From contig NZ_AP028907.1 of assembly GCF_036323395.1 (NCBI RefSeq), positions 300,001 through 332,000 on the forward strand: 32,000 bases of DNA, read 5' to 3'. Position 1 is the stretch's first letter. Each line of letters starts with the position of its first letter. Origin of the DNA: Pyrodictium abyssi (GTDB lineage: Archaea > Thermoproteota > Thermoprotei_A > Sulfolobales > Pyrodictiaceae). Below, piece after piece: positions 8,644 through 17,136 of the stretch. The position numbers and the translations under genes are program-made. The notes below the pieces were generated by a model that was given only the letters and a program-made list of their open reading frames with translations, ran no database searches and was not told the origin of the DNA.

Positions 8644-9621
8644 TCACTTTTTGTCCTTATCATTCCTCTTCCTATACTCGGCTAGTACGCTGGCCACGAT
8701 GATGGGCAGCACTACTGTAGCATCTCCATATACAACGACGCTCTCGCCTTCTGGGCGGAGCTTATTCCAAGTTATAGCCTCCCTGGGGTGAGCACCGCTA
8801 AGGCTCCCATCATACTCTACAGCGGTGGTGACGTATACTGCGCAGTCGAAGCCCTCTCTAAACTGTGCCCACCATATAGTATGGTGCTTACTTATACCGC
8901 CGCCGATGATCAATGCTGTGGCGTGTTTAGCTGTGAAGAATTTGTTAGACATCACCTCCTCGTCCCGGAACGCGTTAACCCTTAAGTCTCTGTGGGTCTG
9001 CAGGTATGTGAAGAGAGCAGTGCCGAATGCGCCGTCGAGGAAGCCGGGGACTATTATCGGGGTTCTGGTCTCAGCTGCAGCGGCGAGTATGCTGCCCTTA
9101 TCGCTTCTAAGCTCCTTGCCTATCTCCCACAGTATCTCGTATACGGCCCACTCCCTTGACCGGTCTAGCCGGTCTAGAACGCTGTATACGGTTCTCTCTA
9201 CTCGTGGCCCATAGTCCTCCATGGGTATGAATATGTTACCCAGCCGGTGCACTTCAAGATCGTGGAGCATGCGGTCGTCTGTCTCGAAAAAGCCCTTGTA
9301 GTATACGCCCCCGCTCCCCCGAGCTATGTCGTGGTCTATAGTGCCGCACGTCGTAACCACTAGGTTAAAGAGGCCCTCGCGTATCAGCTGGGCGAAGACC
9401 CCCCGAAGGCCCGTTGCTACCAGGTTAGCGGTAAACGATACTACGCGTAGGTCGGACTTCTGGAGGCAGCGTGATAGGAGCCGTACAGCCCTAACCACGT
9501 GGCCAGCCATGAATCCGTGGATGTCGTCTAGCACATCTATAAGACTTGCTAGCGGCTTGTCAGGGTCGATCTCTACGTCTCTAACAGGCTCTACCAGGAG
9601 CTTGCTACGCTCGACCTCCAT
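8644..9621 (-). CDS. dys: Deoxyhypusine synthase
   Basis: 325 aa. The motifs FTANLVATGLRG, TTCGTIDHD, IIGGGISKHHTIW and AHPREAITWNK are typical of the DHS family. Confidence 0.93.
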   Translation of the reverse strand: MEVERSKLLVEPVRDVEIDPDKPLASLIDVLDDIHGFMAGHVVRAVRLLSRCLQKSDLRVVSFTANLVATGLRGVFAQLIREGLFNLVVTTCGTIDHDIARGSGGVYYKGFFETDDRMLHDLEVHRLGNIFIPMEDYGPRVERTVYSVLDRLDRSREWAVYEILWEIGKELRSDKGSILAAAAETRTPIIVPGFLDGAFGTALFTYLQTHRDLRVNAFRDEEVMSNKFFTAKHATALIIGGGISKHHTIWWAQFREGFDCAVYVTTAVEYDGSLSGAHPREAITWNKLRPEGESVVVYGDATVVLPIIVASVLAEYRKRNDKDKK

Positions 9622-9706
9622 AGCATACCCCGCTGAACTGGCCCGCTGGGCTGAGAGTCATAAGGGTTTGTAGAGTTCTCTCCGGAGGTCTAAACATGCT
9701 AGATAG

Positions 9707-10453
9707 TTGTGTACTCTTGCCCAGGGTACGAGGGGTGCGCCACAGTTGGCTAAGGGCGGAGTCAGGCGCTGGCTAGCCAGCGAGAGGATTGCCTTCCGGT
9801 TACTCGAGCAGCGCGGCTACAGGATACTTGAGACCCACAAGCGTATAGTAGTAGATGGAGTTGAGATAGGCGAGGTAGACGCACTAGCCGAGGGCCCTGA
9901 GGGAGAACTCTACGTCGTCGAAGTCAAGGCGGGTAGGCTAGACATACATGGAATACGCCAAGTCTACAGCAATGCGGTGTTGCTAAACGCTAGGCCGCTG
10001 GTAGTCTGCAAAGGATTCGCCGACGAATCGGCACGGGTTCTCGCAGAGAAGCTTGGAGTATCGGTAATAGAGCTTGAGGACGTATTCTTGCTAGACGCGG
10101 AAGAACTCGAGGATATAGTCTACGGTGCTGCTCTCGAGGCTTTTAGCGAAGCTGTAAGGCTGCTCCTTGACCCCTCTATACGGATAAAGCCGGAGCAGCT
10201 GGAGGTACTCCGGGCAATTGCCGAGACCAGCACGCCATCTGAGGCGGCTGCTAGGCTCGGGAAAAGCGTCCGCGATGTAGCAAGGACGCTAGAGTGGCTG
10301 CGCGGGATCACGCCGCTCGCGAGAAGAGGATACCGCTCTGCTAGGATAGCAGCTTCTGTGCTGCTACAGCGGGCTAGGATACAAGGGCTGCTAGAGAGTC
10401 TCAGTAGTAGTGCTGAAAGAATAGAATCGCTACTAGAGAAGCTAGGGGCGTAA
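9707..10453 (+). CDS. Predicted PD-(D/E)xK-type nuclease-fold protein with a C-terminal HTH-like region
   Basis: 248 aa. The N-terminal half (ERIAFRLLEQRGYRILETH...GEVDALA...ELYVVEVKAG) resembles archaeal Holliday-junction-resolvase/YraN-like nuclease cores (D...E-V-K). The C-terminal LEVLRAIAETSTPSEAAARLGKSVRDVARTLEWL looks like an HTH. The TTG start is uncertain. Confidence 0.5.
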   Translation: MCTLAQGTRGAPQLAKGGVRRWLASERIAFRLLEQRGYRILETHKRIVVDGVEIGEVDALAEGPEGELYVVEVKAGRLDIHGIRQVYSNAVLLNARPLVVCKGFADESARVLAEKLGVSVIELEDVFLLDAEELEDIVYGAALEAFSEAVRLLLDPSIRIKPEQLEVLRAIAETSTPSEAAARLGKSVRDVARTLEWLRGITPLARRGYRSARIAASVLLQRARIQGLLESLSSSAERIESLLEKLGA

Positions 10454-10456
10454 CCC

Positions 10457-11209
10457 ATGAGCGGATCCTCTAGAGAGAAGCAGAGGATACGAGAACAAAT
10501 ATGGAGGCTGCTAGAGGAGCGGGGGGTTGCAGCGTTCCCACGGCCAGTCTACGGGCGTATACCCAACTTCAAGGGAGCCGAAGAGGCGGCAGCCAGGCTC
10601 GCAGAGACCCCGGAGTGGAGAAGAGCTAGAATAATCAAGGCTAATCCCGATGCGCCGCAGAAGTGGGTTCGTCTAGCCGCACTACGTAGCGGCAAGACAC
10701 TGGTAATGGCTACCCCGCGTCTAAGGGAGGGATTCCTACTACTAGACCCACGCTTCATACCGGGCTACTTGTATGAGAAGGCCGCTACTATACGTGGAGC
10801 ATTCCAGCTGGGTAAGAAACTATCAATAGACGAGCTCCGGTCGATGGGAGGCATAGACCTCATAGTAACTGGCTCTGTGGCTGTAGATAGGAGGGGGCAC
10901 CGGGTAGGCAAGGGTGAGGGCTACGCGGAGATAGAGTACGGTATTATGAGGGAGCTGGGACTGGTAGGAGAAGACACGCCCATAGCTACGACTATCCACG
11001 ATCTACAGCTCGTAGAGCACATACCGAGGGAGCCTTACGACCTAGCAGTAGACATTGCGGCAACACCCCGCAAGCTACTCCGCTTTGAAGGGGCGGAGAA
11101 GCCGCCTGGAATAATATGGAGCATGCTTCCCTGTAAGAAGTTCAGGGAGATACTGGTACTCCAGGAGCTTGCGAGGATACGTGGAGTAGACAAGCCGTGC
11201 AGAGACTAG
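10457..11209 (+). CDS. 5-formyltetrahydrofolate cyclo-ligase family protein
   Basis: 250 aa. REKQRIREQIW, NPDAPQ and DLIVTGSVAVDRRGHRVGKGEGYAEIEYG are typical of the MTHFS/COG0212 family. The ATG lies 3 nt after the stop of the upstream gene. Confidence 0.7.
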   Translation: MSGSSREKQRIREQIWRLLEERGVAAFPRPVYGRIPNFKGAEEAAARLAETPEWRRARIIKANPDAPQKWVRLAALRSGKTLVMATPRLREGFLLLDPRFIPGYLYEKAATIRGAFQLGKKLSIDELRSMGGIDLIVTGSVAVDRRGHRVGKGEGYAEIEYGIMRELGLVGEDTPIATTIHDLQLVEHIPREPYDLAVDIAATPRKLLRFEGAEKPPGIIWSMLPCKKFREILVLQELARIRGVDKPCRD

Positions 11210-11245
11210 GCTGAGCACACGCGAGTATGGCGAGAGTCTAAGCTT

Positions 11246-11776
11246 CTAAGCTCTAGCAGCTATGTCGCTTATACCCCTCGTATAGAGGTATATGGTTCTC
11301 GTCAAGCCACCTATATAGTACTTCTCTACATGGATAGGCTTCCACCCCGGAATAGCGAAGTCGAGCGTTACTACACGGGCGCCTATCTTGAGCTCAGCCT
11401 CGAGCTTCGGCCTAAGCGCTGCATTGACACGGGTGAGCAGATACATGTACACTACAGTTGCCTTGTCGAGCGTAATGTTGAAGAAGCTGTCGTTTATGAA
11501 CTCTATCTTGTCGTAGACGCCAGCCTTCCTAGCATTCTCCATAGCAGTCTCTATAAGGTCGCGTCTAAGCTCAACACATACCGCTCTAGCGCCACGCTTG
11601 GCGGCCTCTATAGCTACACGGCCATCGCCACACCCGAGATCGTAGAATATGTCGCCATGGCTGACTCTAGCTATGCGCAGCACGTGGCCAATTAGCTGGC
11701 GGCGGGTAGGAACCCAGGGTACATCGTAAGCCCCTATAGCTGATAGCGGCAATGCGCCGAAGATGCCAGCCAGCAC
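11246..11776 (-). CDS. Class I SAM-dependent methyltransferase
   Basis: 176 aa with motif I (FYDLGCGDGRVAIEAAKRGA). The substrate is unknown. Confidence 0.7.
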   Translation of the reverse strand: MLAGIFGALPLSAIGAYDVPWVPTRRQLIGHVLRIARVSHGDIFYDLGCGDGRVAIEAAKRGARAVCVELRRDLIETAMENARKAGVYDKIEFINDSFFNITLDKATVVYMYLLTRVNAALRPKLEAELKIGARVVTLDFAIPGWKPIHVEKYYIGGLTRTIYLYTRGISDIAARA

Positions 11777-11959
11777 GCCTGACCCCAGTGTAGGGCATAC
11801 CGCCGGGCAGCTAAGTTTTCTATTTCATAGCAACGCAGAGCAGGCTCTACGCTTTTATCTCATACAAGCTCCTGGCTAGGGGCACGGTATGCAGAAGCAG
11901 GCTCGCCAGAGACGGCTATACGTGTTATAGGGAATTACCATGATAGGAGGTCGTCTACT

Positions 11960-12799
11960 TTGGAGCGGGTAAGGAGGCGCAGCTACCACGTTAGAGCAGC
12001 CGTTAGCATCCGGGACGTGTCGGCAAGGACCAGCGTTGAACAAAGATGTCTAGACCCTCGCACCTGGGCACTAATAGTATCACAGATAGAGGGAATAAAG
12101 CAAGTATACAACTTCATGAACCGGTTTATGTCGCTCGGACTAGAGGATAGAGTTAGACGCGACGCAGTAGAATCTCTCGTTGTCAACACAGGGCTTAGAG
12201 ATGATGGGCCTCGGCAAGCAATAGTGGTTGACGTAGGAAGCGGGCCTGGTACCTCGCTCAGGGCTATATGGAAGCTACTAGATAAGAGCTTCATAGTAGC
12301 CGTTGATCCTTCTGCCCGCTTGCTTAGTATGGCGTGTGCAGGCATCCTATGCGAGCGTGTGGTGGGGGTTGCGGAGCACCTACCAGTACGTGATAGAGGC
12401 GCAGATGTAGTAACATCGTTCTACGCTTCTCGCGACTTCCAGTCTCTCCCGAAGGCACTCGTATCTATGCTCAATGTGGCCCGGCGAGGCTTAGCAATAG
12501 GAGATATCTTCCTACCTCGCCAACTATTGAAAAGATTCCTCGTGAGGACCTGGGTATGCAGAATAGTCCCAATACTAGCCCTACTACTTGCAAGAAGATA
12601 CTGGAAAAACTACAAAGGTCTCTGCATAACAATCAAGCAGTGGTGTGATGTCAGCGAACTAGGGAAGTACATAGAGCAGCTATCAGAGAGACTAAATAGA
12701 CCGGCAATCGTCAAGTCGCGCAGCTATGTACTTGGAGGACTAGGATATGTCACAGCATTCTTCAAAGAAGAAAGTACTACTAGGCATAACAGGAGCTAG
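11960..12799 (+). CDS. UbiE/MenG-like SAM-dependent methyltransferase
   Basis: 279 aa. YNFMNRFMSLGLEDRVRRDA matches the UbiE-type Y-x-x-MN-x-x-S-x-G motif, followed by VVDVGSGPGTS. The TTG start is supported by GGAGG at 11946-11950. Confidence 0.65.
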   Translation: MERVRRRSYHVRAAVSIRDVSARTSVEQRCLDPRTWALIVSQIEGIKQVYNFMNRFMSLGLEDRVRRDAVESLVVNTGLRDDGPRQAIVVDVGSGPGTSLRAIWKLLDKSFIVAVDPSARLLSMACAGILCERVVGVAEHLPVRDRGADVVTSFYASRDFQSLPKALVSMLNVARRGLAIGDIFLPRQLLKRFLVRTWVCRIVPILALLLARRYWKNYKGLCITIKQWCDVSELGKYIEQLSERLNRPAIVKSRSYVLGGLGYVTAFFKEESTTRHNRS

Positions 12800-13340
12800 C
12801 GGAATAGTATACGGTGTAAAACTCGCCGAAACACTGCACGCCATGGGGCTGCTTGAGGCCATAGTATACACGCGGAGCGCAGACCACGTAGCTAGAGAGG
12901 AAATGGGAGTAGCCCTCACAGACCTTCTCAAAGCAGTGAATATACGAATGTACCGGGATGATGAGATTGGCGCCCCCTATGCTAGCAGTAGTAGGATACC
13001 CCTTGGAGGCATGGTAGTGGCGCCATGCAGTATGAGGACGCTCGCAGCTATAGCCCATGGGATAGCGGATAACCTTGTAACCCGCGCCGCACTGTCCACA
13101 CTCCGGCTGCAACGACGCCTCGTCCTGGTTGTACGTGAAACACCGCTAGGTGTAGCGGAGCTTCGTAACATGCTTCTAGCAGCTGAAAACGGCGCAGTAG
13201 TGCTCCCAGCATCACCAGCGTTCTACCATCGCCCTAAAACCGTAGACGATATGGTGGACTTCATAGTAGGCAAGGTACTCGATGTTCTAGGGATAGAGCA
13301 TAGTCTCTACCGTAGATGGCGCAGCAGCGACGGGAGATAG
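12747..13340 (+). CDS. ubiX: Flavin prenyltransferase UbiX
   Basis: 197 aa with LLGITGASGIVYG and VVAPCSMRTLAAIAHGIADNL. The ATG overlaps the upstream gene by 53 nt. GGAGGA at 12734-12739 lies 7 nt upstream, which suggests translational coupling. Confidence 0.9.
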   Translation: MSQHSSKKKVLLGITGASGIVYGVKLAETLHAMGLLEAIVYTRSADHVAREEMGVALTDLLKAVNIRMYRDDEIGAPYASSSRIPLGGMVVAPCSMRTLAAIAHGIADNLVTRAALSTLRLQRRLVLVVRETPLGVAELRNMLLAAENGAVVLPASPAFYHRPKTVDDMVDFIVGKVLDVLGIEHSLYRRWRSSDGR

Positions 13341-13407
13341 CGGTATTCTGGAAAACCGTGCAGGCAGCAGAAACGCCACGTATAACGGGTAACGGCCAGG
13401 GGGAGTG

Positions 13408-13848
13408 TTAAAGTAGGTCCTCGTCGAGCCCGTAGCCCTTTCTCTTCATAAGCCTCTCAACGCGCGACATTGTCTCCTCTTCTGCAGCTAGCTCCTTCTC
13501 CAGGTCCTCTATCCTAGTCTCCTTCTGCTGCTTCTCCTTGGCGTAGAGGCACGTGCCATCGGGTAGGAGCGCTTTTAGCGTACAGGCGGCGTATTGGCAC
13601 GAGCCTCCTATGCACTCGTCGCCTATCCACCGGCAGTATGCCACACGGTGCATCTTGCCATGAGAGGGCTTCCTCACTATGGTTAGCGCGTTGTTCAGGC
13701 ACTTGAAGTGTGGGCAGAGCGGGTTGCACTTACCGTTGGGAAGGGGTAGCGGTCTCGGCTTTCCTGCCGGGCCTCCCTTCTGTGGCCCTCTGCGAGGCGT
13801 TCTAGGAGGAGCACGCCCCCGGCGATATGACATACTCTGCCACCTCAT
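13408..13848 (-). CDS. Hypothetical Cys8 protein (basic Pro/Arg-rich N-terminus, Cys-rich core, acidic coiled-coil tail)
   Basis: 146 aa. Cysteines fall at positions 41, 45, 50, 72, 79, 84, 89 and 100 (C-x3-C-x4-C-x21-C-x6-C-x4-C-x4-C-x10-C). I do not recognise a family. An alternative start exists at Met6. Confidence 0.5.
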   Translation of the reverse strand: MRWQSMSYRRGRAPPRTPRRGPQKGGPAGKPRPLPLPNGKCNPLCPHFKCLNNALTIVRKPSHGKMHRVAYCRWIGDECIGGSCQYAACTLKALLPDGTCLYAKEKQQKETRIEDLEKELAAEEETMSRVERLMKRKGYGLDEDLL

Positions 13849-13961
13849 GCTGGGGATGCGGTGTTAACAGCTAGTCCCAGCCCTAGGCTCCTCATCCGTC
13901 TAGCGCCCTCCGGCGAAAGAGTAGAGCTACGCCACGCTGTGTAGAAAGTTAGACTATCTTA

Positions 13962-14510
13962 TTAGGGCTTACTCCACTTAAACATCAAGTACCTTGTCGG
14001 AGCGTCCCCAGGCCCCGTTATAGCCAGTATGAAGGCCTTGCGGACACTATGGCTAAGTCGTCCAGCCCGCACAATCTCCAGCGGGTCTATCTCCTCGCCA
14101 GCCTCTATCACGTGGATGAGATAGGGTGCATGGTCAATACCAGGACCCTTCTCGTAGACAGCGAAATCAGCACCATACTTGAGCCCCGAGCGCGCAATGT
14201 AGCCCCTATCACGTAGCTCTTTGTACACCTTGTATATAAGGTCGAACCTTGGTATTAGCTCGCGGGCACGGGCAGCTAGCTCGTCGGGCGTGATATTGGC
14301 GCCGTTCTCGTCTACTACCGATAAGAGCCCCTTCTCTGCCAGGTAGACAGCCTCGACGAGGCCGAGTTCGAGAGGAGCGTTGAACTCTGCATCTCTGGGC
14401 TTGGGGATGCCAAGCGGCTTTCCGTAGAAGCCTAGCCTGTACAGCTCTCGTGCCTCTTTAGGGTCAAAGACTATGACACGTAAACCGAGTAGTACGCCGT
14501 GAAACGTCAT
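13962..14510 (-). CDS. endA: tRNA-splicing endonuclease, catalytic subunit
   Basis: 182 aa. SGLKYGADFAVYEKGPGIDHAPYLIHV and RLSHSVRKAFILA match the catalytic C-terminal domain (Tyr/His/Lys triad region) of archaeal EndA. Confidence 0.9.
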   Translation of the reverse strand: MTFHGVLLGLRVIVFDPKEARELYRLGFYGKPLGIPKPRDAEFNAPLELGLVEAVYLAEKGLLSVVDENGANITPDELAARARELIPRFDLIYKVYKELRDRGYIARSGLKYGADFAVYEKGPGIDHAPYLIHVIEAGEEIDPLEIVRAGRLSHSVRKAFILAITGPGDAPTRYLMFKWSKP

Positions 14511-14615
14511 GCTGAGTACACCTTACAAGTGTAGCCGATTACCGTGCAGGCGGGTACTAGCAGCTCGTGGTTCCCCTGGCGGAGAGAGGAGAGGTGGGAA
14601 GCAGTTAGACTAAAG

Positions 14616-15314
14616 TTAATGGCGTGCAACACGGTAGAGGGCCAGGAACTTGACGTTCTCGGCGGCGTCCCTAATAGTATCGGCAACATCCTCTATCATA
14701 TCAACTATGTCTCTCAGCAGCATTAGTGCTACTAGGTCCTGGCGCAGCTCACGATACATAGCGAATGTTAGCTGACGGTACAAGTTGTCGACCTCATCCT
14801 CTATGCCGGTGACGAGCTGAGCCTCCTCGTAGCCCTTCTTAGGGTTAGAGCTGAGGGCCTGGATGGCCACTTCTAGGCGCTCGAACTCTCTCTGTATACT
14901 CTCAGCTATTGATGTGAGCAGCTCGGCTATAGTAGTGCTTGTTACATTGGTATTAGAGGCTAGAAGGTAAGAACGGTAAGCTATACCCTCCGTCATCTGT
15001 GCTATACGGGTCAAGCCTAGGAACACATCCTTGTACAGGGTGCTCGTGTTAAGTAGGTCACCCAGACGCGCTAGATACGTTAGAGCATCCTCCTTCATAG
15101 ACTCTACGCGCTCCTTAGACTCTTTAACCCTCCTGTGGATCTCCTTCAGCTTTTTGTCGTCTGCGCCAGTGAGAGCCGAGACTATCTCCTTCATGCTCAC
15201 AACGGTCTCGCTCAAAGCTCTCGTAATCCCCAGGAGCTGCTCATTTAGACTCTCCTCTGCTAGCGACTGTCGCCGCCGCCTCTCCATGTCGTAGTCGTAG
15301 TATTCCTCAGCCAT
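14616..15314 (-). CDS. DUF47/PhoU-like helical protein
   Basis: 232 aa and all-helical. The C-terminal EDEVDNLYRQL...LLRDIVDMIEDVADTIRDAAENV resembles the duplicated PhoU-like motif of DUF47 proteins. No Pit transporter gene is adjacent. Confidence 0.55.
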   Translation of the reverse strand: MAEEYYDYDMERRRRQSLAEESLNEQLLGITRALSETVVSMKEIVSALTGADDKKLKEIHRRVKESKERVESMKEDALTYLARLGDLLNTSTLYKDVFLGLTRIAQMTEGIAYRSYLLASNTNVTSTTIAELLTSIAESIQREFERLEVAIQALSSNPKKGYEEAQLVTGIEDEVDNLYRQLTFAMYRELRQDLVALMLLRDIVDMIEDVADTIRDAAENVKFLALYRVARH

Positions 15315-15504
15315 AGGCTCAACCCCGTGGCACCTCTAGCTAGGATGGAGGTATTAGAATAGTAATGCTGCTGGTGTAGCACGCGGCATGTGTACCTATT
15401 ATAGCCCCTAGAGCCTAGAGACTTATAGCACATGGCACTAGAGCCCCTTCGAGCTCCTTTAGGCGCTAGTGCACCACAACAATGAGCCGAGAGGGCACAA
15501 GCTA

Positions 15505-17061
15505 ATGGAGGTACTGATAGTAGATGCCCTGGCACGAGGCAGCTACGGTAGACGCATAGTGACAGTCGATGCTATCGGCGCTGGCCCCCGCACAGTGGCA
15601 GGCGTCTTAGAGAAACTGGGAATAGGTGTTGAGCTAGTTACAGCCGAGACACTGTTCGACAATCCCCGTATAATGGACCAATACGATGTACTGATGATAA
15701 GCGCTATGTCTATCGATGAAAAAACCGTAGCCAAAATAGTTAGAATATGGCGTAGAAGGCACGGTAAAAAGGCAGTAATAGTAGGGGGTCCTATAGCATC
15801 AGATCCTGATTTCGTTGTACGTGTCGGAGCAGACATAGGTGTGCACGGCGAAGCTGAGCCAGTAATAGAAAAGCTAGTAGGAGAAGGTATAGTTGATGAG
15901 AGAAAGGTAGACTATGAGAGACTCAACAGCGTGTGTGGAACAGCGTTCATGCAAAACGGTAGACTCGTTATGAACAGAAGATGTTCTATAATGCCCAGAA
16001 GAGTCTGGGAGAGATACCGCCCGAGCACACGGGTCATACATGGTTACCCGCTATACTGGGCAGCGAGGGTGTATGTTGAAGTCGTACGTGGGTGTAGTAA
16101 CTACATGATACCAGACCTAGCCAGTATTCTTCCGGAGGAGCTGCTGCCGGGAAAACCTGTACCAGGCTGCGCCTACTGCAGCGTCGTCCCGCTATGGGGC
16201 TATGCAAGGAGTCGCAGCATAGACCACGTATATCAAGAGGTTAAGGAGCTCATAGAACAAGGTGTTCGCCGTATAGTGCTAAGCGGGCCCGACTTCCTAG
16301 ACTATGGCCGCGACTGGCTTGTTGAGCCCAAACCTCTAGTAGACCCTAGGAGACCTGGCCCAAACATAGAAGCTATACGCAAGCTGCTCAAAAGACTAGC
16401 ATCCATACCAGAAGTATCAGCGGGAGAAGCAGTAGTAATGGTTGAAAATGTAAAGCCTAGCCTTGTGACCGAAGAGGCTGCAGAAATACTAGGCAGGTAT
16501 CTTCGTGGGACGCCAGTACACATAGGCGCAGAAACCGGAGACGCGAGACTGCTAGAAGCGCTGGGCAGACCGGTAACCATACGAGAAACAATAGAGGCCG
16601 TGAAGAGGCTAAAGAGGCATGGCATTAGGCCGTATGTCTACATAATGTACTGCCTCCCTGGCGAGACACCTAGAACTATAGAAAAGACTGTAAACCTTAT
16701 GGAGACCCTATACCGTGTTGGCGCCGAGAAGATAACCGCCTATCGCTTTATGCCGCTACCACTATCCGCCCTAGAGAAGCTTATGAGAGCAAAGATTCCA
16801 TGTATGCAAGACCATCCGGTGAAATTAAAGGCTATTGAGATAAACAAGCGTGCAAAGAAGAGGATGATAGGCAAGATAATACGCGTTATTATAGTAGGCA
16901 AGCACCCAAAGCTCTCAAAGTGGATAGGGTATCCAATAAAACATGGCCCTGTCGTAGCCGTGGACGGCTCTGGTCTGCATGAGCGGGAGATCGTAGACGT
17001 GAGGATAACAGACGTGAAGTCCGACAGAATTGTAGAAGGAGTAGTAGTCCGAACACGATGA
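15505..17061 (+). CDS. Radical SAM protein with N-terminal Rossmann/B12-binding-like domain and C-terminal TRAM-like domain
   Basis: The ORF is open from a GTG at 15469, but I prefer the ATG at 15505 (MEVLIVDA...). The core has RGC...CAYC, then VLSGPDF and GAETGD, as in radical SAM TIM barrels. The C-terminal IIRVIIVGK...VDVRITDVKSDRIVEGVVV looks like a TRAM beta-barrel. Confidence 0.75.
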   Translation: MEVLIVDALARGSYGRRIVTVDAIGAGPRTVAGVLEKLGIGVELVTAETLFDNPRIMDQYDVLMISAMSIDEKTVAKIVRIWRRRHGKKAVIVGGPIASDPDFVVRVGADIGVHGEAEPVIEKLVGEGIVDERKVDYERLNSVCGTAFMQNGRLVMNRRCSIMPRRVWERYRPSTRVIHGYPLYWAARVYVEVVRGCSNYMIPDLASILPEELLPGKPVPGCAYCSVVPLWGYARSRSIDHVYQEVKELIEQGVRRIVLSGPDFLDYGRDWLVEPKPLVDPRRPGPNIEAIRKLLKRLASIPEVSAGEAVVMVENVKPSLVTEEAAEILGRYLRGTPVHIGAETGDARLLEALGRPVTIRETIEAVKRLKRHGIRPYVYIMYCLPGETPRTIEKTVNLMETLYRVGAEKITAYRFMPLPLSALEKLMRAKIPCMQDHPVKLKAIEINKRAKKRMIGKIIRVIIVGKHPKLSKWIGYPIKHGPVVAVDGSGLHEREIVDVRITDVKSDRIVEGVVVRTR

Positions 17062-17136
17062 TAGACCGAGTGGGCATTACTTATCGTGCTAATTACTGTG
17101 TGGCCTTGCTGAGCCTTTACGCCGGCAAGTCAAGGG

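Noticed and set aside
13947-14612. The 10-mer AGTTAGACTA occurs just after the stop codons of both endA (13947-13956) and the DUF47 gene (14603-14612). Each copy is about 95 nt upstream of the next minus-strand gene.
   Set aside because: By a rough estimate, hundreds of chance 10-mer pairs are expected in a 32-kb window, since about 5e8 position pairs are compared against about 1e6 possible 10-mers. The flanks do not align and the distances to the next start codons differ. I could not distinguish it from coincidence.
15435-15472. A 7-bp stem GCACTAG...CTAGTGC with a 24-nt loop, plus a CTAGAGCC direct repeat (15408-15415 and 15438-15445), upstream of the radical SAM/TRAM gene.
   Set aside because: This is a plausible 5'-UTR structure, but it is short and has no supporting features. 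It also overlaps the alternative GTG start at 15469, so its relevance depends on an unresolved start-codon choice.
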